Positions 1-15,059 of a DNA stretch of 64,000 nucleotides are shown here, piece after piece. Source of the stretch: Octopus vulgaris. Taxonomy: Eukaryota. Every line of letters starts with the position of its first letter. The first letter of the stretch is position 1. The stretch is taken from positions 63,116,001-63,180,000 of the forward strand of contig OX597822.1 of assembly GCA_951406725.2 (NCBI GenBank). Reading direction: 5' to 3'. The notes under the pieces are model-generated. The model searched no databases, was not told the origin of the DNA, and saw nothing but the letters and a program-made list of their open reading frames with translations. The position numbers and the translations under genes are program-made.

Positions 1-440
1 GGTTTCGATTCCTAGACCGGGCATTGTGAGTGTTTATTGAGCAGGCTCCGGCGGGGAGGGGCGGTGAACCCCGCTGTACGCCTTCACCACAACTTTCTCT
101 CACTCTTTCTTCCTACTTGGGCAAGTGTTGTCTAATATAGCCTCGGGCCGACCAAAGCCTTGTGAGCGGATTTGGTAGGCGGAAACTGAAAGAAGCTCGT
201 CGTATATATGTATATATATGTATGTGTGTATAGGTTTGTGTGTCTGTGTTTGTCCCCCCCAATATCGCTTGACAACCGATGCTGGTGTCTTTGCGTCCCC
301 GTAACTTAGCGGTTCGGCAAAAGAGACCAATAGAATAAGTACTAGGCTTACAAAGAATAAGTCCTGGGGTCGATTTGCTCGACTAAAGGCGATGCTCCAG
401 CATGGCCAGTCAAATGACTGAAAGAAGTAAAAGAGTAATG
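1..440 (+). mobile_element. tRNA-derived SINE pieces (family B: ...ttgggcaagtgt...ctccagcatggcc..agtcaaatgactgaa tail)
   Basis: Near-identical to the copy at 48050-48495; B-box GTTTCGATTCC at the start. Confidence 0.8.
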
Positions 441-514
441 AAATGAGTGACGAAGATACACCGTGTTAAACTAATAATCTTTGGCATACTTAACTTTATT
501 TTCAAGTCTTTCAT

Positions 515-750
515 CGTGGTACTCCGTCGGTTACGACGACGAGGGTTCCATTTGATCCGATCAACGGAACAGTCTGCTCGTGAAATGAATGTGTAAGTGG
601 CTGAGTACTCTACAGACACGTGTACCCTTAATGCAGTTATCGGGGAGATTCAGCGTGACACAGGGTGTAACAAGGCTTTGAAATACAAGTACAACAGAAA
701 CAGGAAGAAAGAGTGAGAGAAAGTTGTGGTGAAAGAGTACAGCAGGATTC
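515..750 (-). mobile_element. SINE fragment (family C 3' part)
   Basis: Similar to 33650-33840 and to the reverse of 27500-27665. Confidence 0.65.
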
Positions 751-1379
751 GTTTTTTGAACTCTTGATTTTGAATTTCGAGTCATTTTCCCTTCACACTT
801 TCACAGTAAATATAGAGAAATATAATACAGTGTCTCGTTGAAAATAATTATCTGGCCTTGACTGCCTGTCTGTTAGTCTGTCACTCTGTCTGTCTTACAA
901 CAATTAGTCAAGTTTCAATCATTTATCAATTTGTTCAATAAATCAAAAGTTGCTCGTTATCGCTGAGTCAAATTAATGACTTTTGATTCACTCCACTAAT
1001 TAATTATCTAATGACCGGCATAAGCAAAATGGGATAGGTTGTCTTTGAAATTGACTAACAAGTTACGGTTGATATGACGCGAAAACGACGTTGTCAGAAT
1101 CTGTTGATTTCGAGTGGAAAAACTCGGAAAATTGTGAATCTTCAGAGATGGAGAGAAAGGGAGAATGGGGAAGGGAGAAAGCGAGAGAGAGGCCCGGAGG
1201 GAGATAGAGTGGGGAAGGATGAGAAAGGGGCCAGGGGGACACAGAGAGCTAAAGCGGGAGGGCAAATAATTGATGGCAGAGTAAAATGAAATGTTGCTTC
1301 GTCGAAGGGATACATTAATGGGAGGATGAGTTGGTTGGGTTGATATTGGATATTTACATCATTTGGCCAATAGATATAT

Positions 1380-1385
1380 ATTCAT

Positions 1386-1459
<74 letters not shown>

Positions 1460-1524
1460 TTATATATATTAATATATATATATATATGTATTTATATATA
1501 TTAATATATATATATATATGTATT

Positions 1525-1559
<35 letters not shown>

Positions 1560-1850
1560 GTATATATATGTATGTATGTCCTTCGAAACGTTTAGTAGAT
1601 GAAACTTTAGCGACTGAAGAAGGGGATTTTTCGTTGTGCTTATTGTCCTGTATCTCTCTTTTTTTTGCCTGTCTTGTTCCTTGGTTTGTGTCTATGTTTT
1701 TCGTCTCTCTATGTGTTCGACGTCTTTTTGGTGTCCTGTACACATATATGCGTGTATATGTACATGTAGAGGTAGGTACGTACATATATGTTTATATATA
1801 TGCATATATTTTATTAACATATATATATATATACACATATATATATATAC

Positions 1851-1947
<97 letters not shown>

Positions 1948-1979
1948 TATACACACACACACACATATATATATACATA
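1380..1979. repeat. (CA)n/(TA)n compound microsatellites flanking a short interspersed-repeat fragment (1575-1740)
   Basis: Seen directly. Confidence 0.85.
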
Positions 1980-2366
1980 CTAGCAGTATCGCCCGGCGTT
2001 GCTCAGGTTTGTAAGGGAAATAACTATAAAGCATTTTTAGAGAGTTATAGCCCAAAAATAGCAAAAAAATGGAAAAAAAATTATGGTAAATTTTTTTTTG
2101 AGAGTAAAAAAAGGTTGAGTTGCGTCCCCTAGACAGTCTGTGGTTTGTTTTTTTTGATTCTCGACCCCATGTCGAATTTATCGATTTTTTCAGAACTGGG
2201 GTTAACTTTTCAAAATTTTCGCTGCGTTAGTTTTGAATTATGACATTGGGCTATGTGTGTGTCAAGTTTCATCAGAATCGGTTGAAAGCCGTGGTCAGGG
2301 TGAGGGTACGAGAAAACAGACACACAGAAACACGCACAGACAAACTGCCGTTTATATATAGAGAGA
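1980..2366 (-). mobile_element. Non-autonomous Helitron (family H1) inserted in (TA)n
   Basis: On the minus strand: A|TC start, CTAG|T end, subterminal hairpin CC(T/C)GAGCAACGCCGGG, no TSD. Homologous copy at 56244-56634. Confidence 0.8.
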
Positions 2367-2389
2367 TATATATATATATATATATACAC

Positions 2390-2434
<45 letters not shown>

Positions 2435-2439
2435 TATAC

Positions 2440-2468
<29 letters not shown>

Positions 2469-2472
<4 letters not shown>

Positions 2473-2612
2473 AATTGACAGAATAAGATTAAAAAAATCC
2501 AAGGCTGTACAGAGTTTTCAGAACATTTATAAAGAACACCTTTTCTTTATAAATGTTCTGAAAACTATTTACAGCCTTGGATTTTTTTTATCTTATTCTG
2601 TCAATTTATATA
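2469..2612. repeat. ~70-bp-arm inverted repeat (palindrome)
   Basis: ataaattgacagaataag...ttataaagaa / ttctttataa...cttattctgtcaatttat. Confidence 0.85.
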
Positions 2613-2756
2613 TATGCATGCTACAACATGACCCACGTTGGACTCCTCGTTCGTATCATTGTCGAACCTGGAGCTTAACCATGGTCTATCCATAACACTT
2701 ACTTAGCGTTACCCGACACCTTTTGGGTCTTCTTGACAACAATACCTCTCATACTC

Positions 2757-2874
<118 letters not shown>

Positions 2875-2921
2875 TATATACATAGTCATATATACATATA
2901 TATATTTATATATACATAGTC

Positions 2922-2952
<31 letters not shown>

Positions 2953-3019
2953 TATATATATATTTATATTTATATATACATAGTCATATATACATATATA
3001 TATATTCATATATACATAT

Positions 3020-3866
3020 GTCACTTTGGAGTGACGAGTCACGCTTCTGTATATTTGGATCAGATGGTAAAACATACTGAGGAATTCCATCCGAAATGCG
3101 TGGAAAAGACGGCGCAAGCGGGGTGTGGGGGTGATGGTGTGGGCAGCATTTAGTAGCATTTAGTGGCCCTCTAGTTAAAGTTGATGGGAAGCTAAATAGT
3201 GTAGGTTATATGAATCTACTAAAGGATAATGTTGCACCGTACTTGACTCACCAAATGCCTCCGGAAGCTATTTATCAGCAGGACAATAGTCCTGTGCACA
3301 ACGCCAAAAAGGTTATAGAATTTTTTGATCACCATAATATTGACATAATCGAATGGCCTCCCCAGAGCCCGGACCTGAATCTTATCGAGAACTTGTGGAA
3401 TTATGTTTCCCAAAAAGTCCATGCTAAAAAAATCATCTAATCTAAAACAATTATTCGATTATATCAATGAAATATGGCAAAACATTCCCATAGAATTTTG
3501 TAATCACTTAGCGAATTCAATGCCGAGGCATTGTTCAGCCGTTATTAAGAATAAAGGCTATGGCACAAAGTACTAATATGTATTTCGTTCTTGTTGCTCA
3601 TTTTTGCAACAATTTTAAGCTTTAAATAAAATTATAATGATACGGTCTTAAACTAATTTTTCCGGTAAATTTGAAACGTTTATATTAATTCAGCATTAGA
3701 ATTCTTCAAGTTCTATAAAAAAAAGTTATTGTCTGCATCATTCGAAAGAGAAATAAATTCTGCTTAAGGTGTAAAAGATAAAAATAATTTGTATAGTGTT
3801 AGTAACAAAATATTTTGTAAGGAATAGAACTTTTATCATCGGTCTTAAATTAATTTTCGCCAGTAC
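3020..3866 (+). mobile_element. Tc1 (DD34E) transposon 3' remnant
   Basis: GVMVWAAF, then ORF 3210..3440 IYQQDNSPVHNAK...IEWPPQSPDLNLIENLW. A repeated ggtcttaaa.taatttt motif (DR-like) occurs at ~3643 and ~3841. Confidence 0.85.
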
Positions 3867-3922
3867 ATACATTTATACATATGAATATATGTATATATTT
3901 ATATACATATATATATATATAC

Positions 3923-4459
<537 letters not shown>

Positions 4460-4475
4460 TATATATATATATTCA

Positions 4476-4517
<42 letters not shown>

Positions 4518-4711
4518 TATACATTCATATATATCTATATATATATATATATATGTATATATAATATATATATATATATATGTTCATATACATTCATATA
4601 TATATATATGTGTGTATATATAAATATATATATATACATACATATATATTCATGTATATATATATATTCATATATATATTCGTATATATATATGAATATA
4701 TATATTCATAT

Positions 4712-4774
<63 letters not shown>

Positions 4775-4903
4775 TATATATATCTACATATATATATGAA
4801 TATATATATACATGAATATAGATGTATGTATATATGAATATATATATATATATATTTATATATACATATATATATATATACACACATATATATATTTATA
4901 TAT

Positions 4904-4948
<45 letters not shown>

Positions 4949-6099
4949 TATATATATAAGAATAGTATGATTTATTTGAACCACTACAAAGTAGAGTTGA
5001 AAGTGCTTTGTTGAAAGCCATTTATAATACAAGATGGAAATGATAGAGTAAAAGTGAATAGAAAATCAAAGGTTTACATTTTACCATATATTTCGATATT
5101 TCTGCTTAAAAGCAATTATAAGGCCCTTCTCAACACCATTATTGCCAATATGATTTGAAGTGGCTTTCCTAAACACTTTGAACTTTATTTCACAATGCTT
5201 CAAATAAATTATACTAGTCTAATGAGCCTCTAACTGGTGAAGAGAGATGATTCCAGCAACCTCATCTGCGAAAGTGTGACCTCATCTAATATTAAAAAAA
5301 TATATAGCCGAAATACACTAGAGAAAATTATCTTTATATTGATTCTAGAGAATCTATACGAGATAGTTCTGAACCCCGAAAGCCTAAAACATCTTACTGC
5401 TACTTAAGAAGCGTAAAGCTCATTTGCAGACTAACATTCAAATCCTTCAATTAGATGAACTAACCCGATCAAGTCGGGTATTAGGAAAACTAGTAAAATA
5501 TTTGTAAACAATTCTACCTAAAATTAAAAGAAAATCGTCTTTACTTCTGGTAAATTGTAGAAGAGGTTATTATCTGGTTTAATGATCTACATAATAAAAT
5601 TGGAACCGATTTAATCCAGTTTAACATACTTTTGCTAATCTTTCACCAACATTAAGTATTCTAAAATAGTTATACTGCAAGCTAGGAAATCTGCTATTGT
5701 ATTTGACCAATCTCTATAAATCACATTCTCTTCCTGTGACCTCTTCGACATCAGCCAAGTCACTAGAGACTCGGCTAAAGTAACAGATGTAGTTGGGTTA
5801 TATACTTTATTCCTATTTATTCGTTATATTATACCTTTTTGATTCATTCACTACTTTTTGTACAGTAAATAAAGTGTATGTTGACAGAAAAACTAATGTT
5901 TAGCGAAGCTAACTTTTTATTTCTCGTAGCTGTGCCCACTTCTGGATATTAGCATGATATTATTATACCAATGAGAATTGTAATTAATTTTTCTTTTTCC
6001 TAATAACAGTTTGAAGACTTATAAGTTAAGGTGGTGTGTGGTTGCAAGGAAAATAGATTAATATATAGGATAGTAATATCATACTTATTTTTCAAAAGA

Positions 6100-6810
6100 G
6101 GTGGCGAGTCGGCAGAATCGTTAGCACGCCGGGCGAACTGCCTAGCGGTATTTCGTCTGTCGCTACGCCCTGAGTTCAAATTCCACCGAGGTCGACTTTG
6201 CCTTTCATCCTTTCGGAGTCGATTAAATAAGTACCAGTTACGCACTGGGGTCGATATAATCGACTTAATCCGTTTATCTGTCCTTGTTTGTCCTCTCTGT
6301 GTTTAGCCCCTTGTGGGTAGTAAAGAAATAGGTATTTCGTCCGCCGTTACGTTCTGAGTTCAAATTCTGCCGAGGGCGACTTTGCCTTTCATCCTTTCGG
6401 GTCGATAAATTAAGAACCAATTACGCACTGGGGTCGATGTAATCGACTTAACCCCTTTGTCTAACCTTGTTTAGCCCCTTGTGGGCAATAAAGAAATACG
6501 AATCGTTATCACGCTGGGCAAACTGCTTAGCTGCATTTAATATGTCTTTACGTTCTGAGTTCAAATTCCGCCGAGGTAGACTTTATCTTCCATCTCTTTT
6601 CGGATCGGTAAAATAAGTACCAGTTGAGCACTGGGGTCGATGTAACCGACTTATATATTCCCCCAAAATTGCTGGCCTTATGCCAAAATTTGAAATCAAT
6701 ATTAACAGCGGCGAGCAAGCAACATTGTTACCACACCAGGCAAAATGCTTAGCAGCATTTCGTACAGCTTTACGCTCTGAGTTCAAATTCCGCCGTCGTC
6801 GACTTTCAGG
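6100..6810 (+). mobile_element. Family A SINE cluster (Meta-domain-like core gtcgactttgcctttcatcctttcggggtcgat..aagtaccag): internally duplicated copy plus partial copies
   Basis: Head ggcgag..ggcagaatcgttagcacgccgggcg; core repeated 3-4 times. Confidence 0.85.
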
Positions 6811-7109
6811 TCCTGTACTTGTAGTAGAAGGAATTAATTAAATTCCATTCCTCATGCCTATAGTAGAAAGAAATACAAAACTTACAAGACGTCGATTATA
6901 TATTAGTATGATGTTATTGCACTAGTCATTATCGTAATAAATATTGTTCTGTGATAAAGGGATTGAAAACCGCGAACAATAAAGAATAGTAAGGCATAAT
7001 AGGAAGGGGACCAGTGAAGACGACAACAGTGAGATTCCAGCTGTATTTTCACAAACAACTTGAACTACATTAAAAGCCTATCCCCAGTACATATATTGGT
7101 TTCGATGTA

Positions 7110-7280
7110 TGTGTTGGGGAAGGGGCAAGTCAGTTACATCGATCAAAGTGCTTAACTGGTACTTATTTTATCGATTCCCTAAAAAGTGAAAGGCAAAGTC
7201 GACTTCGGTGGAATTTGAACTCGTACCAAAAAGACAGACGAAATACCACTAAGCAAACGATTCTGCCAGCTCACCACCTT
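7110..7280 (-). mobile_element. Family A SINE, decayed
   Basis: Reverse complement of the family A core and head. Confidence 0.7.
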
Positions 7281-7352
7281 CATATATTAACCTCACAAAT
7301 TTTTTTACAAATAAATCTACTCTAGGTACATATATATGCACACGCGTTTATA

Positions 7353-7886
7353 TTGGGTTGTCCGGAAAGTTCGTGCCGATTTTTAAAGGAAAGAAAAAGG
7401 TCAATGAATACTTACCATTACATTTTAATCAACCAAATATGAACCATTTTGTTGCACAATGCGTCTCCATCTTTCCTTTAACTTGAAAATACCCTCTTCC
7501 CAGAATTGAGGTGGTTTCATGACAAAGAATTCATCAAGGTATCTTTTTACGTCATCCAAGGAATTGAAATTTTTACCATTAAGACTATTCTGCAGAGACC
7601 TGAATAAGTGGAAATCCGAAGGAGGAATATCTGGTGAATATGGAGGGTGGGGTAACACATCCCAGCTGAGCTGCAGCAATTTTTGTCTGGTTCTTATCTT
7701 CTATTTTAAAGGATTACAGAATTAACACAGGTTATTGGAACATAAACCTTCTTCCACGAAAAGATAGCTTAAACTGTGCTCTAAATGGAGGTGTAGTCAA
7801 ACCCTATTTTATGGACTCAACCATGTTCTAAAATAAGTTGAAAGGTAAGCTACAATAAATCGGCAGGAACTTTCCGGACAACCCAA
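7353..7886 (-). mobile_element. Internally deleted mariner element with intact TIRs
   Basis: TA-flanked TIRs ttgggttgtccggaaagttc.tgccgattt at both ends. ORF 7425..7679 LPHPPYSPDIPPSDFHLF is a mariner DD34D C-terminus. Confidence 0.92.
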
Positions 7887-7954
7887 TATAAGCGTTTATA
7901 TCTATCTACGTGTCTTCATGTAAACATTCATTTAAACAGTACTTCATATAAATA

Positions 7955-8167
7955 CAGGGGTGAGCAAAAGTTGCTTAATATGAGTGGAATGTTCTTTCCA
8001 TTCAAAGCCCCTAGAAATTTTTTTAAATGGCTGCCAATAGACTAGGCATCTCCTGCAGATGACTTAGTCGCCTTATGAATCGCTTAGGTTTAAAAGAAGA
8101 AAAAGAGAAATCGAACGAACGTCCCACTCATATTAAGCAACTCTATACCTACTTTTGCCCAATCCTG
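7955..8167. mobile_element. Tc1/mariner-type MITE
   Basis: TA|caggggtgagcaaaagt...acttttgcccaatcctg|TA, with inner inverted gttgcttaatatgagtgg / ccactcatattaagcaac. Confidence 0.7.
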
Positions 8168-10059
8168 TATATAATCGTATGAATATATACAATATCGCTG
8201 CACTCGCCCATGGCTTTTCTGTCAAATATGAGTAAATAATGTATTACTGCTTTCGTGACGGTGTTTCTGAAAGATCTACTGATATAGTAGGCTTCTAATT
8301 CTTTTTCTTTTAAACTGATTTAAGTGTTTTTCTGTGGTTATGACGCCCTGATGTATAACACAGTAACTCAGGCATTGTGTATCCAAAGGACACAAATCAG
8401 TAACTCGGAAATTACAGTTATTTTCTCTTTGGTGTGTATCGATTTAAAGAATTCTGTAGAAACGAAATAACTTGTTTTATAATGTTCTTGTCATATAATT
8501 TAAGAAGTATGTTGTCTTTTAGAAACGCTTCTTGGTTAAACAATGCGTTCGTTCTGGATGGGGGAGTGCACACGGTCATATTTTTCGCTTTGTTTTACCG
8601 GGTGTTTGATATTGGCGGGTGGATGACTTACACATTATTGTCTTTTGTTGCTTTTTTTCTTTTTTTCTTTTTGTTGTTGTTGCTGAAGTGTTTGTGTTGC
8701 ATGAGTAATTGGATGTACCTGCAAAATGTCGCTTTCTCAAAAGAGAGACATATTTGTACCTTAGATTAATGCTATAGGTATTTATTTAATAAAGTTTTCT
8801 CAGCGTTCCGAATTCGAATGTATTTATAAATTGATGTTTACAGTGTGTGTGCGTGCGGGTATTTATGTGTATAGTTTATTAGAAGCTAGAACATTAAAAA
8901 ATTGTTACTCTGAGCACTCGTTGCCGATCGTCAGACGATCATAAATAATGAAACGTAGAACTTAATATGGAAGGACAAAGTAAACCTAACAAGCGCTAGT
9001 TGGTTAACGGTGAGGTTTATGATAGTAACTGAAAGCTTTGGAGAAACAATCCGCTTAGTAGACAATTACTGGGAATATGCAGTTACAAGCAGAAGAATCT
9101 ATATTATTGCTATTAGATATTTTTGGTGTTTAAATTGTTGGTGGTATTTGCGAAGTTCTCACAAAAGCAGAGTTGGCCTTATCCGTTTTCCTTAAAAAAA
9201 AAAGCTCATATTTATTATCTACTGTGGAATAAAAAGAAATGAAATTTTAAAAGTTTATAGCAATATAGGAACGAACGTTTTTCAGTATCTCCGGATAATA
9301 CCATAGAATAATTCTTAGCCTAGTTTTATACCCGGAAACATTGATGCGAATCACATTGTGCACTTCATCTTACATTAGATAACTGAATCTTTAATTTTGT
9401 ATGGAGATTGCTTGTATCCTTATTTATATATAAAGATTTCATTAAGTTTCTCCATCATGACTGAATGTATTCATCTCAAACTTTTAAGTAACATGCGAAA
9501 AATTAATTAAACTATGATCAGTGTAAAACAAAGTTCTTAAACCTACTTAAAATAATTCTCTAAAGGCCCATTTTTCTTTTAATATATCTAGAGTGTGGCT
9601 ATTCGTATTAAATGAAACTATAAAGTCAACATTTCTTTTTATGCCTTCATTCAAAATAGAGATCCTTATATGAAAGACGTGCAGAGTATATATTCCGGTA
9701 ATTTTGCATAATTCAACCTTTTCATACACCCCCATGGAGAAATAACACATAGAGTAGAGTTATATATAAAGATTTTCGTTGAGTGCATAATGATCCTTTA
9801 TTGATGCTATGTTACTTTAAAGCCTCACGAAGAAGAAATTTAGCTATGGAAGAATAAAAATCTAGGATATCAAATTGCAGGAATTTGCGATGTTATTTCT
9901 CATTAATAACGATAACCGATTCAATTACAAACGTGTTGTTATTCCTTTTGGAATAGAACAAGCATTTTCTGTTCTAAACAAGATGGAATTTAAGATGTAG
10001 TAGCTAACTATCGTTCTCAACAGATTTAGTTAACTCGCAGTTAAGTACATCCATCTATA

Positions 10060-10264
10060 TATCTTTTATCTTTTACTTGTTTAAGCTATAGCTGGAGCAA
10101 GGCCTTAAAAATTTAATCCAACCTGATTAATTTCCCTTTTTTTTTGAAGCCAGATAATTATTCTATCGGTCTCTAATTGCTATGTTACGGGGTACAAACA
10201 AACCAACAAGAGGTTGGAGGACAAACACAAAAACACACAACCACACACACAAATGTATAAATAT

Positions 10265-10312
<48 letters not shown>

Positions 10313-10465
10313 GGGCTTCTTTCAGTTTCCATCTACTAAATCTATTCAAAAGGCCATGGCCAGCCCGGTGCTATAGAATGATACACTCACCCAAGGTGTC
10401 ACACAGTGAGATTGAACCAGGATGTGTGTGGTTTGGAAGCAAACCTCTCAATACACAGCCATGCT
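10060..10465 (-). mobile_element. Family B SINE, decayed, with internal microsatellite
   Basis: Reverse similarity to 48050-48495. Confidence 0.65.
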
Positions 10466-10584
10466 TATATATATATATATATATATACACGATATATATA
10501 CGTATGTATATATGCACGTGTGTGTGTATTATGAATATATATATTCACACACACACTCACACACACACACACGCTCATACTCAC

Positions 10585-10649
<65 letters not shown>

Positions 10650-11409
10650 TATAATGTATAATAATGTATGCGTATGCGTGTTTGTATGTATTTGTGCGTG
10701 CGCGCATGAAAACGAGATTTGTCTCTACAGAATAGGAATTATGAAGAATTGTTTTGGGGGTTGAAATACACCTGAATCTTAAAACGAATGGCAAAATGCC
10801 ATACCGATTGCAACATTTTTTCTTATGAATGGTAAATATAAAACTCTATTTAAGAAAAAAGAGAGAGAGATAAAAGTTTGAAGGAAAGAGAGAATGCACA
10901 AGAGAACGTTCTAATGCGATAATACATGCACGAAAAATTAAATATGTAGTAGATTTCATAGTAAAATTATATGGTGAAACATGACGTATTTAATAAGTTA
11001 CAAAGTAATAGAAAATTATGAAATTATGAAATGTTCCATAAATTTCATAACAAATACACGACAGAAATTTGAAAGTTCTGTAGGTTTCAAAGCAATAGTT
11101 TCAATTAGCAATTAGATACGAAAATTCAAAAAATATAAAAATGTTTTACAAATTCTGCTGAAGTGTGAGAATTGCTCATTGCTTGCTTTTCTCGTTAAAC
11201 TTAAACTATAATTCAGATCGATATTGCTTTGTATATGTAGGACTTTTAAGACATAGATTCTATTCCTGATTGGCTGCTTACCCAAAGTTATCACCAAACA
11301 CGTTTAATCGCTATGGAATTTTCTCCCGCATATTCTCTTTCTTTTAAACTTTTTATTTTTTGGAGGAAATAGCTGTGTCCTTATAGTATCCAAACATGTA
11401 GAACGTTTT

Positions 11410-11547
<138 letters not shown>

Positions 11548-11809
11548 ACGGTTGAGACATTCCTATTAGAAACCTCCAATTCTACAAATGATCTTGCAAC
11601 ATTTAAAAAGTTGGCAATTTCTAGATTGCTGTGTTCCCCGTATATTGAAAAAAACAATGACTGCATGTCTTCCCATTTCTTGTGTTAGCATTTTGTCAAC
11701 TATGGGTGATCTAAAGAAACAGATGTCTCTTAATTGGCCTGAAGGGAATAATATACTGATAATTAAATATTCTCAAATATTCTCCGTACCTTGTATATAT
11801 AAACATACG

Positions 11810-11862
<53 letters not shown>

Positions 11863-11958
11863 CATATACATGTGTGTGTGTGTTTATACGTATATACTTA
11901 CATATATATAGACATATATACGTACATATAGATACTTCCTGATATATGTGTATATATA

Positions 11959-12838
11959 CGTGGTGTAATCAATAGGTATCAGGACTGTTGTCATAGTAAC
12001 GAAGCTAAAGCACGCAGAGTGAAACCACTTGGCACAGATTAACCTTGAACTCTGCTGCGCATGCGCACTAAGCTTTGATGTTCTAGCGCGCTTCCACTGC
12101 TTTTACATCATTGCTTGGTATGAAGGTGTGTAGTGTGTGATCATCGAATTGACCATGATAAAGAAAGTTGTGCAGAGAATCTGCATCAAATTTGGCCAAA
12201 AGCTTAGCGATTCCTGCCCAGAGGCCTACGCAAAGTTTTCAAGATGTTTTCATTGTTCTCGACACAATCAAAGAGATCTTGTGCAATTGAAACCTGAATG
12301 TCTTTTTGGTCAACTGAAAGCAGTTTGGGCACAAACTTCGCAGACAGGCGTCTCATACCCAAATCTTCAGTAATAATGGACCGAACTGGACCGCAACTAA
12401 TCTGCGTATCCTCTGATAACTCACAGATGGGGATTCAACGATTTCCCCTCACAGCTGCAAGCACATCTGCGATGTTTTTCTCAGTTCCCTGAACGTTCGT
12501 CAATATCGACATTTTTTCGGCCATCTTGGAAACGTCTGAACCACTCGTACACTTGTGCGTGACTCATACACTCCTCACCATACAGTTTCTGCAACTTTGC
12601 ATAGGCCTCTGAGCAGGTATCGTCATGACTACTTTCTCTTCCATGGTCAATGTGACGATCACACGTTACACATGTTACTTCAAAACATTGCTGTAAACAG
12701 CGGAAGTAAGCTAGAACGTTAAAACTTAGTGCGCGTGCACAACAGATGTTAAGGTCAATCTGTGCCAAGCGGGTTCTTTCTGCGTGCTTTAGCTTCAGCA
12801 CAATGGCAACTGTTGGGATACTTATTAATCAGACCTCA
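11959..12838. mobile_element. Mariner-derived foldback element (5' end duplicated in inverted orientation)
   Basis: TA-flanked. Both arms contain the 5' UTR and transposase start (VQRICIKF..CPEAYAK / CSEAYAKLQKLYGEECMSHAQVYEWFRRFQDGRKNVDIDERSG, a mariner HTH). Confidence 0.8.
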
Positions 12839-12883
12839 TATGTTTGTATGTATGTATGTATGTATGTATGTATGTATGTACAT

Positions 12884-13220
12884 GAAGGCGCATGGCTCAG
12901 TGGTTAGAGCGTCGGGTTTACGATCGTGAAGTTGTGAGCTCGAATCCCGGACCGGGATGCGTGTTATGTTCTTGAGCAAGACACTTTATTTCACGTTGCT
13001 CCAGTTCACTCAGCTGCAGAAATGGGTTGCGACGTCACAGGTGCCAAGCTGTATCGGCCTTTGCCTTTTCCTTGGATAACACTGGTGGCGTGGAGAGGGG
13101 AGGCTGGTATGCATGGGCGACTGCTGGCCTTCTATAAACAACCTTGCCCGGACTTGTGACTAGGAGGGTAACTTTCTAGGTGCAATCCCATGGTCAGTGT
13201 CGTGACCGAGGGGGGTCTCA
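12884..13220 (+). mobile_element. Family C tRNA-derived SINE, full length
   Basis: A-box TGGCTCAGTGG, B-box GCTCGAATCC. Homologous copy at 52897-53225. Confidence 0.85.
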
Positions 13221-13234
13221 GATGTATGTACATA

Positions 13235-13468
13235 TACTTTCTGCAACTTTGCGTAGGCTTCTGAGCAGGTATCGCTATGACAACTTTGTCTGTCATGGTC
13301 AACTTTCCTTCCAAGCACCGCTGTAAACAGCAGGAGTGAGCTAGAACGTTAAAATTTAGTGCATGTGAACAGCAGAATTCATAGTCAATCTGTACCAAGC
13401 GTCTTTACTTTTCGTACTTTAGCTTCGTTACTAAAGCAACAATCCGGATACATATTGATCATACCTCG
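13235..13468 (-). mobile_element. Third copy of the same mariner 5' arm
   Basis: Similar to 12585-12838. Confidence 0.7.
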
Positions 13469-13525
13469 AATACATGCGTACAACTACATAAATACATATA
13501 TACATGTTTATGTGTGTGTGTATAT

Positions 13526-14600
<1,075 letters not shown>

Positions 14601-14762
14601 ACAAATCATAATATTGTGTACCTAATTAATTTCTGCCGTTACATATATATATATATTTATAATTATGTGTGCGAAGAGGGGCATATGTATGCGTGTGTGT
14701 GTATTTGTTGACTCCGCATCGTACTTTGTATATTATTAATGAATAAAAATTTCTATTTTCAG

Positions 14763-14913
14763 ACCACTTCGAATACAGCAGCGGATCCGTATTCACATCT
14801 GTCTCTTCCTCTCTCTAATCTTGACGGCGTTCTCTCATTTTCTTTGGGACATTCTTATTTTCTATAATCAGTTCCGGAATAAAGGTGGAAATTCGAACCT
14901 CTCCAGAAACACG
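14763..14913 (+). CDS. Class B1 GPCR exon (ICL1-TM2-ECL1); first exon visible in window
   Basis: ttttcAG acceptor, acg|GTAAGC donor. Translates (x)PLRIQQRIRIHICLFLSLILTAFSHFLWDILIFYNQFRNKGGNSNLSRNT, including the class B 'R..IH..LF.S' TM2 motif. 151 nt, ends in phase 0, matching the next exon. Confidence 0.9.
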
Positions 14914-14985
14914 GTAAGCAATTTTATACGTACGTGAGAGTGTGCATACGTGTGTGTGCACGTATGTCTGTGCGTGTGTGTTTGC

Positions 14986-15029
<44 letters not shown>

Positions 15030-15059
15030 CAATGTATGCAGATGTATGTCCCAGGTATT

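Noticed and set aside
1575-1630. Type II-permuted hammerhead (tccttcGAAACgtt...CTGAAGAagggga)
   Set aside because: Core words are present, but stems I and II do not pair convincingly.
12884-12960. tRNA genes (also 25575, 28110-28190, 52897)
   Set aside because: A/B boxes are present, but there is no complete cloverleaf and each continues into a repeated SINE body.
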